Origin: an uncultured Flavobacteriales bacterium | GTDB taxonomy: Bacteria > Bacteroidota > Bacteroidia > Flavobacteriales > BACL11 | Reading direction: 5' to 3' | Length of the DNA stretch: 64,000 nucleotides | Assembly: GCA_905181585.1 (NCBI GenBank) | Contig: CAJIYG010000005.1 | Location: 32,615 to 96,614 of the forward strand | Shown: one piece after another, positions 37,617-47,232 of the stretch | How the letters are laid out: every line of letters begins with the position of its first letter | How positions within the stretch are numbered: the stretch's first letter is position 1 | Program-made: the position numbers and the translations under genes | The notes under the pieces: generated by a model | What the model was told of the DNA's origin: nothing | Databases searched by the model: none | What the model saw: only the letters and a program-made list of their open reading frames with translations

Positions 37617-38393
37617 ATGAAAAATTTCCAAATCAAATATATTTTTATTTTAAGTATTATATCATGCTTAATATTTTCTTGTACTCCTGTAAATAAAATC
37701 ACATATATTAATAATAATTCTCAGGCAGCTTGGGATATATCACCACTACCTCCAAAACATCATATTGAAATTGGAGATATTTTAATGGTTAAAGTAATTA
37801 GTAGAAATGATGAATCTAATAAAATCTTTAATCTTGAAACTAATACTAATAATTCTAATACAACAACTGCAAATTTATATCTAAATGGCTTTACTATTAA
37901 TAGAGAGGGAAGTATAGATCTTCCTAAGGTTGGGAGAGTAGTTTTATTAAATCAAACTCTCGAGCAAGCAAAAGAAACAATCATGCAAGCTGCTATAGAA
38001 TATTTAATAGATCCATATGTAATTGTTAAGCTTGCAAACTTTGAAGTTACTGTGCTTGGGGAAGTTAATATGCCAGGAGCATATCCCGTATATAAAGAAA
38101 ACCTGACAATATTTGATGCATTAGCAATGGCGGGAGATATTAATGATTATGGAAATCTAAGAAAGGTAAAAATAGTTAGGTCAAAAAATAATAAAAAAGA
38201 AGTTAGTTTTATTGATTTAACAGATAGTAAAATACTTTCTTCTAATTACTACTATCTAAACAATAAAGATTTAGTTTATGTACAGCCTCTTAAATTTAAA
38301 GGATTAAAAAAATCTCAATCTCAGCTTTTTCTTTCAAGTTTAACAACTTTTGCTGTACTTTTTAATGCATACCTAAATTTTAATAAGGATTAA
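37617..38393 (+). CDS. Polysaccharide export outer-membrane protein (Wza-like, Poly_export + SLBB)
   Basis: Lipoprotein signal (IFSC). Also I..GD.L.V.V, V..G.I.LP.VG.V and V.V.GEV..PG motifs. Confidence 0.75.
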   Translation: MKNFQIKYIFILSIISCLIFSCTPVNKITYINNNSQAAWDISPLPPKHHIEIGDILMVKVISRNDESNKIFNLETNTNNSNTTTANLYLNGFTINREGSIDLPKVGRVVLLNQTLEQAKETIMQAAIEYLIDPYVIVKLANFEVTVLGEVNMPGAYPVYKENLTIFDALAMAGDINDYGNLRKVKIVRSKNNKKEVSFIDLTDSKILSSNYYYLNNKDLVYVQPLKFKGLKKSQSQLFLSSLTTFAVLFNAYLNFNKD

Positions 38394-38395
38394 TT

Positions 38396-40804
38396 ATGAA
38401 GGAAGAAGAATTTAAAGAAGAAACTATTGACACAAAACAACTGCTATACAGGTATCTCCAGTATTGGCATTATTTTATTTTCTCAATTATTTTATTTCTG
38501 CTGGTAGCATTTGTTTATAATAGATATACAAAACCAACATTCAGTGTTTCCAGTACATTATTAATAAGAGATGAAAACAATGCTCAACTAGGTGCAGAAA
38601 ATATTCTTGAAGGGATGGAACTCTTTAGTGGAAAAACTAACATAAATAATGAAATTGTTGTTTTAAAATCATTTAGTTTAACCAATAAAGCAATTGAAGA
38701 TCTTAAATTCGGCGTTTCTTATTTTCAACATGGATTACTTCAGAGTAATGAAATATATATAAACAAACCATTTGTAGTTTCAATTGATTCAAATCATTTA
38801 CAAATTACAGGAAATGAATTTAGAATAAAAATTCTTGACAATAATACATTTAATCTTTCATCTTCAATAGATGACCAAAACCCTTACAACGTTAACAAAG
38901 ATCAAATAGATAAAAATGTTGAAATAAATTTTGACTTAAATCAAGATTTTAAATTTGGTTCACAAATTAAATCTGAAAATTTTTCTTTTAAAGTAGCTAA
39001 AACCTCTAACTTTTCTTTAGAAAAAATAATAGAAAACAATAAGGAGTTTACATTTAAGTTTCACCAAAGATCAAAAATTGTAAGTAAGTATATTGAAGAA
39101 GTTGCAATTAATCCAATAAATAAAGAAACATCAGTATTAAAACTAAAAACTACTAGTGAGACTCCTGGAAAAGATATTAGTTTTTTAAATAAGTTGACAG
39201 AACTTTATATTAAAAATGGATTGGCAGATAAAAATATAATGGCTGTAAATACTATTAACTTTATTAATGAGCAACTTAACATAATTAAAGATTCATTAAA
39301 TTTAATAGAAAATAAAATTGAAACATTTAAAAATAAACATCCTCAGTTAGAAACAATTGAAGAAGAGTACGGCGCCTTCTTTCAAAAACAAAAAATTGAT
39401 AACACGCTAGCTGAACAAGAAACTAAAATAAGATACTATAAATCAATTTTAAAATACTTAGTAGAAAATAAAGATGTAAATAATATTATATCTCCAACCT
39501 CAATGGGCATACTTAATCCTGAACTTAATACTTTGATTAATCAGCTATTAAATTTATATGCAAAGAAAAGTGATTTAGAACTTACTAATACTGCTAAAAG
39601 CCCAAGCTATATTTCTGTTGTCTCTCAAATATTAAATACAAAAAGTAATCTAATTGAAAATATTAAGAATTTAATTTCTTCATCAAAAATTTATGAGCAA
39701 GACCTATTTAAAAGACAAAATACTTTTAACAAAAAAATTAACTCTTTAGCAGAATATGAAAAAGAGTTTATTATTCTAAAAAGGAAATTTGCTTATAGTG
39801 AACAAACCCTTACCTATTTACAAGGAAAAAAATATGAGGCTTCTCTAGCAAAAGCTGGTACAGAATCTGATCATAAAGTCATTGATTATGCCAGATTAGA
39901 TAGCGAAAAGCCTGTTTCTCCTAAAAAAACTGTCACATATTTTCTTGCTTTATTATTTGGAATAATATTACCAGTTATTTTTGTTTCATTAAAAGAGTTT
40001 TTAAGCACTACAATTAAAAGTAAGCAAGATTTACTGAAACATACAAATATTCCAATTCTAGGCCTGATTGGTCATAATGATAAGGATTCTGGATTAATTG
40101 TTGCTAATAGCTCCAAATCAGTTATTTCTGAATCCTTTAGATCATTAAGAACTAATATTCAATACTTAGCTGTAGATAAAGAAAAAAAGGTAATTACAGT
40201 ATCCTCTTCTATTGGTGGTGAAGGAAAAACATTCTGCTCTATGAATATTGCATCTATTTTTGCTCTTTCTGGAAAAAAAACACTGTTAATTGGAGCTGAT
40301 TTAAGAAAACCAAAGCTTGATTTAGAATTTGAAACAGAAAACAAATTAGGCTTAAGTAACTATTTAATAAATAAAGCATCTTTAAAGGAAGTAATAAACC
40401 CAACTCAAGTAGAACATTTAGAAATTATTCTTTCAGGACCAACTCCTCCAAATCCAGCAGAATTATTAGATAGTAAGAAAATGAAAGATTTAATAAATCA
40501 ATTACATAAAGAATATGATTATGTAATAATAGATACACCTCCAATTGGACTAGTTACTGATGGAGTTATTTTAATGAAGAATGCTGATGTTAATTTATAT
40601 GTTGTTAGACATAATTACACAAAATATCAAGCTCTAACAACAGTTAATAATCTTCATAACAATAAACACGTCAATAATCTTCAAATTATAATAAATGATT
40701 TCCAACACAATGTTGGAAATTATGGTTATGGTTATGGTTATGGTTATGGTTATGGCTATGGGGGTGGATATGGTTATTATGAAGAAGATAATTTAGAAAA
40801 ATAG
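38396..40804 (+). CDS. Polysaccharide co-polymerase / tyrosine autokinase (Wzc-like)
   Basis: Wzz-type N-terminus with two TM segments and a coiled region. Walker A SSSIGGEGKT, Walker A' and B (IIDTPP). C-terminal Tyr cluster. Confidence 0.85.
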   Translation: MKEEEFKEETIDTKQLLYRYLQYWHYFIFSIILFLLVAFVYNRYTKPTFSVSSTLLIRDENNAQLGAENILEGMELFSGKTNINNEIVVLKSFSLTNKAIEDLKFGVSYFQHGLLQSNEIYINKPFVVSIDSNHLQITGNEFRIKILDNNTFNLSSSIDDQNPYNVNKDQIDKNVEINFDLNQDFKFGSQIKSENFSFKVAKTSNFSLEKIIENNKEFTFKFHQRSKIVSKYIEEVAINPINKETSVLKLKTTSETPGKDISFLNKLTELYIKNGLADKNIMAVNTINFINEQLNIIKDSLNLIENKIETFKNKHPQLETIEEEYGAFFQKQKIDNTLAEQETKIRYYKSILKYLVENKDVNNIISPTSMGILNPELNTLINQLLNLYAKKSDLELTNTAKSPSYISVVSQILNTKSNLIENIKNLISSSKIYEQDLFKRQNTFNKKINSLAEYEKEFIILKRKFAYSEQTLTYLQGKKYEASLAKAGTESDHKVIDYARLDSEKPVSPKKTVTYFLALLFGIILPVIFVSLKEFLSTTIKSKQDLLKHTNIPILGLIGHNDKDSGLIVANSSKSVISESFRSLRTNIQYLAVDKEKKVITVSSSIGGEGKTFCSMNIASIFALSGKKTLLIGADLRKPKLDLEFETENKLGLSNYLINKASLKEVINPTQVEHLEIILSGPTPPNPAELLDSKKMKDLINQLHKEYDYVIIDTPPIGLVTDGVILMKNADVNLYVVRHNYTKYQALTTVNNLHNNKHVNNLQIIINDFQHNVGNYGYGYGYGYGYGYGGGYGYYEEDNLEK
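40721..40780 (+). repeat. Hexanucleotide TATGGT tandem repeat encoding the Wzc C-terminal YG-rich tyrosine cluster
   Basis: TATGGT x5, then TATGGC TATGGG GGTGGA TATGGT TATTAT. It translates to YGYGYGYGYGYGYGGGYGYY. Confidence 0.9.
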
Positions 40805-42240
40805 TTATTATCTCCTCTACAAAAAACATCTCATTCTTTACTGCACTTTTCCCATTAGTTGTACTAATTTTTCTACTAGCTATAAACGTTGCTATATATG
40901 GTGATAACTCATTATCTGGACCTAATCAACTAGCACTTCTTCTTTCTGCAGCAGTTGCTGCAATCGTAAGTGTTTATTATGGAACAAAATGGACTGATAT
41001 CATTTCTAATATTAGCACAAGTATTAGTTCAACATCATCTGCAATAATAATATTACTAATTATTGGAGCACTTTCAGGAACTTGGCTTATTAGTGGAATT
41101 GTTCCTGCAATGATTTATTATGGACTAAAAATATTAAACCCTGAGATTTTCTTATTAGCTTCTTGCATTATTTGTGCTATTGTATCCATTGCTTCAGGAA
41201 GTTCATGGTCAACTATAGCAACTATTGGAATTGCTCTTTTAGGTATTGGAAAGTCAATGGGGTTTTCTGAAGGAATTATTGCTGGATCTATAATATCTGG
41301 CGCATATTTCGGAGATAAAATGTCTCCATTATCTGATACAACAAATTTAGCTGCTGCAGTTGCAGAAACTGAGCTATTTACTCATATTAAATATATGATG
41401 TATACAACTATTCCCTCTTTCATAATTACATTAATTATTTTTTTATTTATCGGATTAAATATTAGCGTTGAAAGTTCAGAAAATATAAATGCATTATTAA
41501 GTACAATAGAAAACACATTTAACATCAACATATATTTATTTATTGTACCAATTATTGTAATTGTACTAATAATTAAGAAAACACCTGCTATTCCTGCTCT
41601 ATTGGCAGGTACTTTACTTGCTTTGGTTTGTGCATTTATATTTCAACCACAAATTATTTTAGAAGTTTCTAAAATGAATGACTTATCATTTAAGTCTTAT
41701 TACTTAGCAGCAATAAATTCAATGGGTAGCGATATCAGTATTTCATCAAATAATATGCTTATTAATGACCTTTTATCTACAAGTGGAATGAAAGGTATGA
41801 TGAACACAATATGGTTAGTTGTTTGTGCTATGTCTTTTGGAGGTGCTATGGAGGCAGGTGGTTTATTAAATAGGATTAGTTCTCCTATAATAAAATATGC
41901 TAATAGTACAGGGTCACTAATTGCTACAACATCTTCAACATGTATTTTCTTTAATCTAACTACATCGGATCAGTATCTAAGTATAGTTGTTCCAGGAAGA
42001 ATGTTTACGGAAAGTTTTAAAGAAAAAGGATTAGCTTCAGAAAATTTAAGCAGAACAATAGAAGATAGTGGTACTGTAACATCTGTACTTATTCCATGGA
42101 ATACATGCGGAGCTGCTCAGTCTGCTGTTTTAGGAGTGGCAACAATAGCATATTTACCATTTTGTTTTTTTAATTTAATTAGTCCATTAATGACTATTAT
42201 GTATGGATATTTGAATTTAAGAATTAAAAAAACTAATTAA
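40792..42240 (+). CDS. nhaC: Na+/H+ antiporter NhaC family protein; the true start codon is unresolved
   Basis: The frame is open from 40792 and encodes ...KNISFFTALFPLVVLIFLLAINVAIYG..., an NhaC-like N-terminus. The first ATG in frame is only at 41110. The listed 376-aa ORF is therefore truncated at its 5' end. Confidence 0.7.
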   Translation, partial: FRKIVIISSTKNISFFTALFPLVVLIFLLAINVAIYGDNSLSGPNQLALLLSAAVAAIVSVYYGTKWTDIISNISTSISSTSSAIIILLIIGALSGTWLISGIVPAMIYYGLKILNPEIFLLASCIICAIVSIASGSSWSTIATIGIALLGIGKSMGFSEGIIAGSIISGAYFGDKMSPLSDTTNLAAAVAETELFTHIKYMMYTTIPSFIITLIIFLFIGLNISVESSENINALLSTIENTFNINIYLFIVPIIVIVLIIKKTPAIPALLAGTLLALVCAFIFQPQIILEVSKMNDLSFKSYYLAAINSMGSDISISSNNMLINDLLSTSGMKGMMNTIWLVVCAMSFGGAMEAGGLLNRISSPIIKYANSTGSLIATTSSTCIFFNLTTSDQYLSIVVPGRMFTESFKEKGLASENLSRTIEDSGTVTSVLIPWNTCGAAQSAVLGVATIAYLPFCFFNLISPLMTIMYGYLNLRIKKTN

Positions 42241-43363
42241 ATATTTCAACTAATTTTTCTATAGTATAATCGATCTCTTTTTTGGTATTATATTTACTAA
42301 AAGAAAATCTAACAACAGGTCTGTCATTGCTAGAGTTAATTCCTGAAATTACATGAGAACCTTGACTACTTCCAGAAGAACAAGCACTACCTCCAGAGCA
42401 AGAAATACCCATTATATCTAATTGAAATAATAACATCTCAGATATTGAATTTTTAGGAAAGCTTACACTTAATATTTTAAATAAGCTAGATTCAATATCA
42501 TTTGATCTACCATTATATTTGATATCTGGAAAGTTCTCTTCTAACAAATCAATAAAATATTTTTTTATTTTCTTAACATGTTTAATATCAGCATCCATTT
42601 CATCATGTGAAATTTCAAGTGCTTCTACAAGACCAACAATAGAATAAATATTTTCAGTACCAGCTCTCATATTTCTTTCCTGAGAACCGCCCAGTATTAA
42701 AGGCTTAATGGAAATGTTTTCGTTTATATAAATAAAACCAATGCCTTTAGGACCATGAAACTTATGTGCTGAAGCAGCTAGAAAATCAATATGAAGCTCT
42801 TGCATGTCAAATTTAAAATGCCCCATAGTTTGAACAGTGTCTGAATGAAAAATCGCATCATATTTCCTACAAAGCTCTCCAATTTCTTTGATAGGCTGAA
42901 TTGTTCCAACTTCATTATTTGCATGCATGATTGAAACAAATGATTTTGGATTATGTTTAAGGAGTTCTTCAAGATTTTTAATATCTATACAGCCAAACTC
43001 ATTTAGTTTAACGTAAGAGAGCTTAATATTTCCTTTATTTTCTAGATCTTGAAGTGGGTGTAAAACAGCATGGTGAGAAATTTTTGATGTTATTGCATGA
43101 GTTACATTATTATCTAAAATCCCACATCTAATAGCCATATTATCAGCTTCTGTTCCTCCAGATGTAAAAAATATACTACCAGGAGAAGTATTTAGCATTG
43201 AGGCAATTTTTTTTCTAGCATTTTCAATAATTGTCTTAGACTTTCTCCCACCCTCATGAGTAGATGAAGGGTTAGCATAATTATCTCTCATGACCTTCGT
43301 CATACTTTCAATAACTCTATTATCTATTGAGGTAGTGGCTGCGTTGTCAAAATAAACTTTCAT
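42233..43363 (-). CDS. Cysteine desulfurase (class V aminotransferase, NifS/IscS-like)
   Basis: PLP-lysine context SAHKFHGPKGIG and catalytic cysteine loop SGGSACSSG. Confidence 0.8.
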   Translation of the reverse strand: MKVYFDNAATTSIDNRVIESMTKVMRDNYANPSSTHEGGRKSKTIIENARKKIASMLNTSPGSIFFTSGGTEADNMAIRCGILDNNVTHAITSKISHHAVLHPLQDLENKGNIKLSYVKLNEFGCIDIKNLEELLKHNPKSFVSIMHANNEVGTIQPIKEIGELCRKYDAIFHSDTVQTMGHFKFDMQELHIDFLAASAHKFHGPKGIGFIYINENISIKPLILGGSQERNMRAGTENIYSIVGLVEALEISHDEMDADIKHVKKIKKYFIDLLEENFPDIKYNGRSNDIESSLFKILSVSFPKNSISEMLLFQLDIMGISCSGGSACSSGSSQGSHVISGINSSNDRPVVRFSFSKYNTKKEIDYTIEKLVEIFN

Positions 43364-44742
43364 TATATTAATGATTTAATTTCTTCTACAAAAACACTTG
43401 CTAGCTTATCTGCTTTTTGTTTACTAATACTTTCTGAGTAAATTCTAACAATAGGCTCAGTATTAGATTTTCTAAGATGAACCCATCCTTCATCAAAATC
43501 TATTTTTAGTCCATCAATTAAATTAATTTTTTCTTTACTGTATTTATTTGCTAGTTCAGATATAATAAATTGCATATCAGTAGAATCTGTTAATTGAATT
43601 TTATTCTTAGATATAAAGTAATTAGGATAAGAAGATCTTAACTCTGAAACAGATAAATCTTTTTCAGAAAGATAAGTAAGAAATAATGCTATTCCAACTA
43701 AAGCATCTCTTCCGTAATGTAATTTTGGATAAATAATACCTCCATTTCCTTCTCCTCCAATAATTGCACTTGTCTCTTTCATTTTCTCAACTACATTAAC
43801 CTCTCCAACTGAAGAAGCAAAATACTCTCCACCATGTTTATTAGTAATATCAGAAAGAGCTCTAGTTGAAGAAAGGTTAGATACAGCATTACCACCTAAT
43901 TTAGATAAAACAAAATCTGCAACAGAAACTAATGTATACTCTTCTCCAAAAATAGTTCCATCTTCACATACAAATGCAAGCCTATCTACATCAGGATCAA
44001 CAACAATACCAAAATCTGCTTTTTCCTTAACTACTAGATTAGATATATCTTTTAAGTTCTCAGGAAGAGGTTCTGGGTTATGGGGAAAATCTCCATTTGG
44101 AGTACAATATAACTCAACACATTCAACACCTAATTCTTTTAATAATTTAGGAATTATTATTCCACCAGTTGAATTAACTGCATCTAATACAACTTTATAT
44201 TTTTTTGATTTTATTAAATCAATATTTACAAGATCCAAATCAAGAACTTTATTAATATGACTATCATTTAAAGAATTATCAAATTGATATTTACCTATAC
44301 TATCAATTAATGAAAATTTAAAATCATTTTTTGTTGAATAATCTAATATAACTTCGCCGTCATTTGCTGAAATAAATTCTCCTTTATTATTTAATAATTT
44401 TAAAGCATTCCATTGCTTTGGGTTGTGACTAGCTGTTAAAATAATACCACCCGCAGCTTTTAAATCATGAACAGCAACTTCAACAGTAGGAGTAGTAGAA
44501 AGTCCTATATCAATAACATCAAAGCCACATCCAATTAAAGTTCCAGAAACAATATTGGATAGCATAAAACCAGAAATTCGAGCATCTCTACCAATTACTA
44601 TAGTCTTAGATTCTATTTTTTGTTCTAAAATAAATCGAGCATATGCAGAAGTAAACTTAACAATATCAATAGGAGTTAAAGAATTCCCTTCAACTCCTCC
44701 AATAGTACCTCTAATACCCGAAATTGATTTAATTAAAGTCAT
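43363..44742 (-). CDS. glmM: Phosphoglucosamine mutase (alpha-D-phosphohexomutase family)
   Basis: GIRG N-terminus, active-site TASHNP, metal loop DPDVDR and sugar loop GGEGNGG. Confidence 0.8.
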   Translation of the reverse strand: MTLIKSISGIRGTIGGVEGNSLTPIDIVKFTSAYARFILEQKIESKTIVIGRDARISGFMLSNIVSGTLIGCGFDVIDIGLSTTPTVEVAVHDLKAAGGIILTASHNPKQWNALKLLNNKGEFISANDGEVILDYSTKNDFKFSLIDSIGKYQFDNSLNDSHINKVLDLDLVNIDLIKSKKYKVVLDAVNSTGGIIIPKLLKELGVECVELYCTPNGDFPHNPEPLPENLKDISNLVVKEKADFGIVVDPDVDRLAFVCEDGTIFGEEYTLVSVADFVLSKLGGNAVSNLSSTRALSDITNKHGGEYFASSVGEVNVVEKMKETSAIIGGEGNGGIIYPKLHYGRDALVGIALFLTYLSEKDLSVSELRSSYPNYFISKNKIQLTDSTDMQFIISELANKYSKEKINLIDGLKIDFDEGWVHLRKSNTEPIVRIYSESISKQKADKLASVFVEEIKSLI

Positions 44743-44759
44743 ATTAAATTTTTAAAATA

Positions 44760-44767
44760 CAAATCTA
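44760..44767 (-). promoter_or_regulatory. -7 promoter box (TAGATTTG) for glmM
   Basis: Exact TAnnTTTG on the minus strand. The G is 18 nt upstream of the start at 44742. Confidence 0.45.
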
Positions 44768-44799
44768 CGTAAAATAGTAATTTGTTTAGCTAGTATTTT

Positions 44800-44807
44800 T
44801 ATCTTTG
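44800..44807 (+). promoter_or_regulatory. -7 promoter box (TATCTTTG) for the comA-like operon
   Basis: Exact TAnnTTTG. The ATG at 44825 starts 18 nt after the G. Confidence 0.45.
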
Positions 44808-44824
44808 TTAAATTACTAAATATT

Positions 44825-45580
44825 ATGATTGAAGTACTAAAAAATATTCCCGCTAGAACAGAGAAACCAAGAGAAAAAGGTTTAACAATGGTAATGGATA
44901 AAGGCTTAAGTCTTAGAGAAGCAGAAGATTTTTTATCTACTAATAGTTCACTAACTGATATTTTAAAGCTTGGCTTTGGAACTAGCTTACTAACAAATAA
45001 CGTTAAAGAAAAAATCAAATTATATCAAAGTGAAAACTTATTAGTTTACGCTGGAGGAACATTATTTGAAGCCTTTATTGTTAGAGATCAATTTGATGAC
45101 TATTGTAAGACATTAGACAAATTAGGCATAAGCATGATTGAGGTTTCAGACGGCTCAATGGATCTTAATCATGACTTAAAATGTGAGTATATTCATAAAT
45201 TAAGTAAAAATTATAAAGTAGTAAGTGAAGTTGGTAGCAAAAATGAAAATGTAGAAGTTAAAAAAAATGATTGGATTAAATGGATGAAGTCAGAACTTCA
45301 GGCTGGAAGCTGGAAAGTTATTGCTGAAGGAAGAGAGGGAGGTAATGTTGGAGTTTTTAACCAAGACGGAGTCATTAAACTAGATTTAATTTTTGATATA
45401 ATTCAAGAAATTCCAATTCAAGATATTATCTGGGAGTCACCTAAAAAAAACCAACAAGTTTGGTTTATTAATAAGTTTGGCGCGAATGTTAATCTTGGAA
45501 ATATTTCACCTAAAGAAGTAATTCCTTTAGAAGCTTTAAGATTAGGTTTGAGAGGAGATACATTTGAAAACTATCTTTAA
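44825..45580 (+). CDS. comA: (2R)-phospho-3-sulfolactate synthase family protein (ComA-like)
   Basis: 251 aa. The N-terminal ...R.EKPR.KG.T...DKG pattern, the central VSDGS-type motif (IEVSDGSMD) and the overall length match the ComA family as I remember it. Confidence 0.65.
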   Translation: MIEVLKNIPARTEKPREKGLTMVMDKGLSLREAEDFLSTNSSLTDILKLGFGTSLLTNNVKEKIKLYQSENLLVYAGGTLFEAFIVRDQFDDYCKTLDKLGISMIEVSDGSMDLNHDLKCEYIHKLSKNYKVVSEVGSKNENVEVKKNDWIKWMKSELQAGSWKVIAEGREGGNVGVFNQDGVIKLDLIFDIIQEIPIQDIIWESPKKNQQVWFINKFGANVNLGNISPKEVIPLEALRLGLRGDTFENYL

Positions 45581-45585
45581 TAAGT

Positions 45586-46479
45586 ATGAAAAAAAATATT
45601 ATTCTTATTCTCAAAGGGATGGGTATGGGAATAGCCAATGTCATTCCAGGAGTTTCTGGGGGAACTGTTGCATTAATTACAGGCATATATCAAGAGTTAC
45701 TCAAATCTCTTAAGTCATTTGACAAGCAAGCTTTCAGTCTACTTTTAACGCTAAATTTTAAAGAATTTGGAATTTATACTAATCTTTCATTTCTAGCATA
45801 TGTTTTTGGTGGCAGTTTAATTAGTTTATTTAGTATCGCTAGTCTTTTTAAATTTTTATTCAAAAACTATCCTCTTGAAATTTGGTCACTTTTTTTTGGC
45901 CTAATACTTGCATCAATTATTTTTATAGGTCAAAGAATTAAAACATGGAATTTTCAAAGCTACTTAGCAATTATAATAGGAACTTTAGTGGCTTTGTCAT
46001 TGACATTTATCACTCCCTCCGCCGAAAACAATAATCTATTTTATGTTTTTTTATGCGGAATAATTGGCATCTCTGGAATGATTCTACCAGGTCTTTCAGG
46101 CTCATATATATTAATATTGATGGGGAACTATGAATTATTAATGGTTAGGTCAGTATCTGAGTTTGATATACCATTGCTGTTAACATTTCTATTTGGATCA
46201 ATTTTTGGATTATTAGTACTATCTAATTTTTTACATTGGTTGATTAATAAATATTATAGTGTAACACTGGCAGGCTTAACAGGCTTTATTATTGGTTCAC
46301 TTTCAATAATTTGGCCATGGAAAGTAGTAAGTGAATCAATAATAATAAATGGAAAAGAAAAAGTACTTTCATACGATCTTTTTTTTCCAAACCAACTTGA
46401 TACTCATAACATAGTATCAATAATAATGATGATTATTGGCTTTTTTATTGTTTATCTAATTGAAAAGAATAATAAATAA
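45586..46479 (+). CDS. DUF368 family membrane protein (family reported as an undecaprenyl-phosphate translocase)
   Basis: The duplicated motif G.A..IPGVSGGT (N-terminal half) and GMILPGLSGSY (C-terminal half) is characteristic of DUF368. There are 8 or so TM segments. Confidence 0.8.
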   Translation: MKKNIILILKGMGMGIANVIPGVSGGTVALITGIYQELLKSLKSFDKQAFSLLLTLNFKEFGIYTNLSFLAYVFGGSLISLFSIASLFKFLFKNYPLEIWSLFFGLILASIIFIGQRIKTWNFQSYLAIIIGTLVALSLTFITPSAENNNLFYVFLCGIIGISGMILPGLSGSYILILMGNYELLMVRSVSEFDIPLLLTFLFGSIFGLLVLSNFLHWLINKYYSVTLAGLTGFIIGSLSIIWPWKVVSESIIINGKEKVLSYDLFFPNQLDTHNIVSIIMMIIGFFIVYLIEKNNK

Positions 46480-46480
46480 G

Positions 46481-47197
46481 ATGGAAATTTTTGGATTAAT
46501 TGGTGAAAAATTAGAACATTCATTCTCAAAAAAATATTTTAATAAAAAATTCTCTAAGTTAGGATTACATGAAAATAAATATGAAAATTTTGAAATTAAT
46601 AGCTTAGAAAATTTAAAAAAAATACTGTCAAAAAATAATATTAAAGGCCTAAACGTCACTATACCATTTAAAAAAATAATTATACCATTACTGGATAAAA
46701 TAAGTGATGAGGCTAAAGAAATAAATGCAGTTAATACAATTAAAATAGTCAATGGTCAAACAATAGGGTTTAATACAGATATTACGGGTTTTGAAAAAAG
46801 TATTAATAAAGAAATTGATAACAGGAAAAAAGCTATTATTCTAGGAGATGGAGGAGCAAGTAATGCAATAAAATATGTATTGGAAAAAAAGAAAATTGAA
46901 TGTGTAATAGTTTCCAGGAAAGGAAAAATTAATTATCACTCATTACATGATGATATAATTAAAGAAAGTGATTTAATTATTAATACGACTCCTCTAGGTA
47001 CCTTCCCAAAAATTTCTTTATTTCCTAATATAAACTACAAAATTTTAAATGAAAAACATTTATTATATGATTTGGTATATAATCCAAAGTTAACAGTTTT
47101 CTTAAAAAAAGGTTTAGAGAGAGGTTGTAAAGTAAAAAATGGATACGAAATGCTTGAAATTCAAGCTGAAGAATCATGGAAAATATGGAATAATTAA
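46481..47197 (+). CDS. aroE: Shikimate 5-dehydrogenase
   Basis: GLIG..L.HSFS, NVTIPFK and NTD..GF motifs. I prefer the ATG at 46481, one nt after the DUF368 stop, to the listed 46460 start. Confidence 0.8.
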   Translation: MEIFGLIGEKLEHSFSKKYFNKKFSKLGLHENKYENFEINSLENLKKILSKNNIKGLNVTIPFKKIIIPLLDKISDEAKEINAVNTIKIVNGQTIGFNTDITGFEKSINKEIDNRKKAIILGDGGASNAIKYVLEKKKIECVIVSRKGKINYHSLHDDIIKESDLIINTTPLGTFPKISLFPNINYKILNEKHLLYDLVYNPKLTVFLKKGLERGCKVKNGYEMLEIQAEESWKIWNN

Positions 47198-47232
47198 ATA
47201 TTGACTAATATTGTATTTTTAAAAAATAAAAA

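Noticed and set aside
44752-46752. Minus-strand ORFs 44752-45018 and 46456-46752 overlapping the comA-like and aroE genes
   Set aside because: Both are antisense to genes with clear family motifs. They have hydrophobic, low-complexity translations and no promoter box in the right place.
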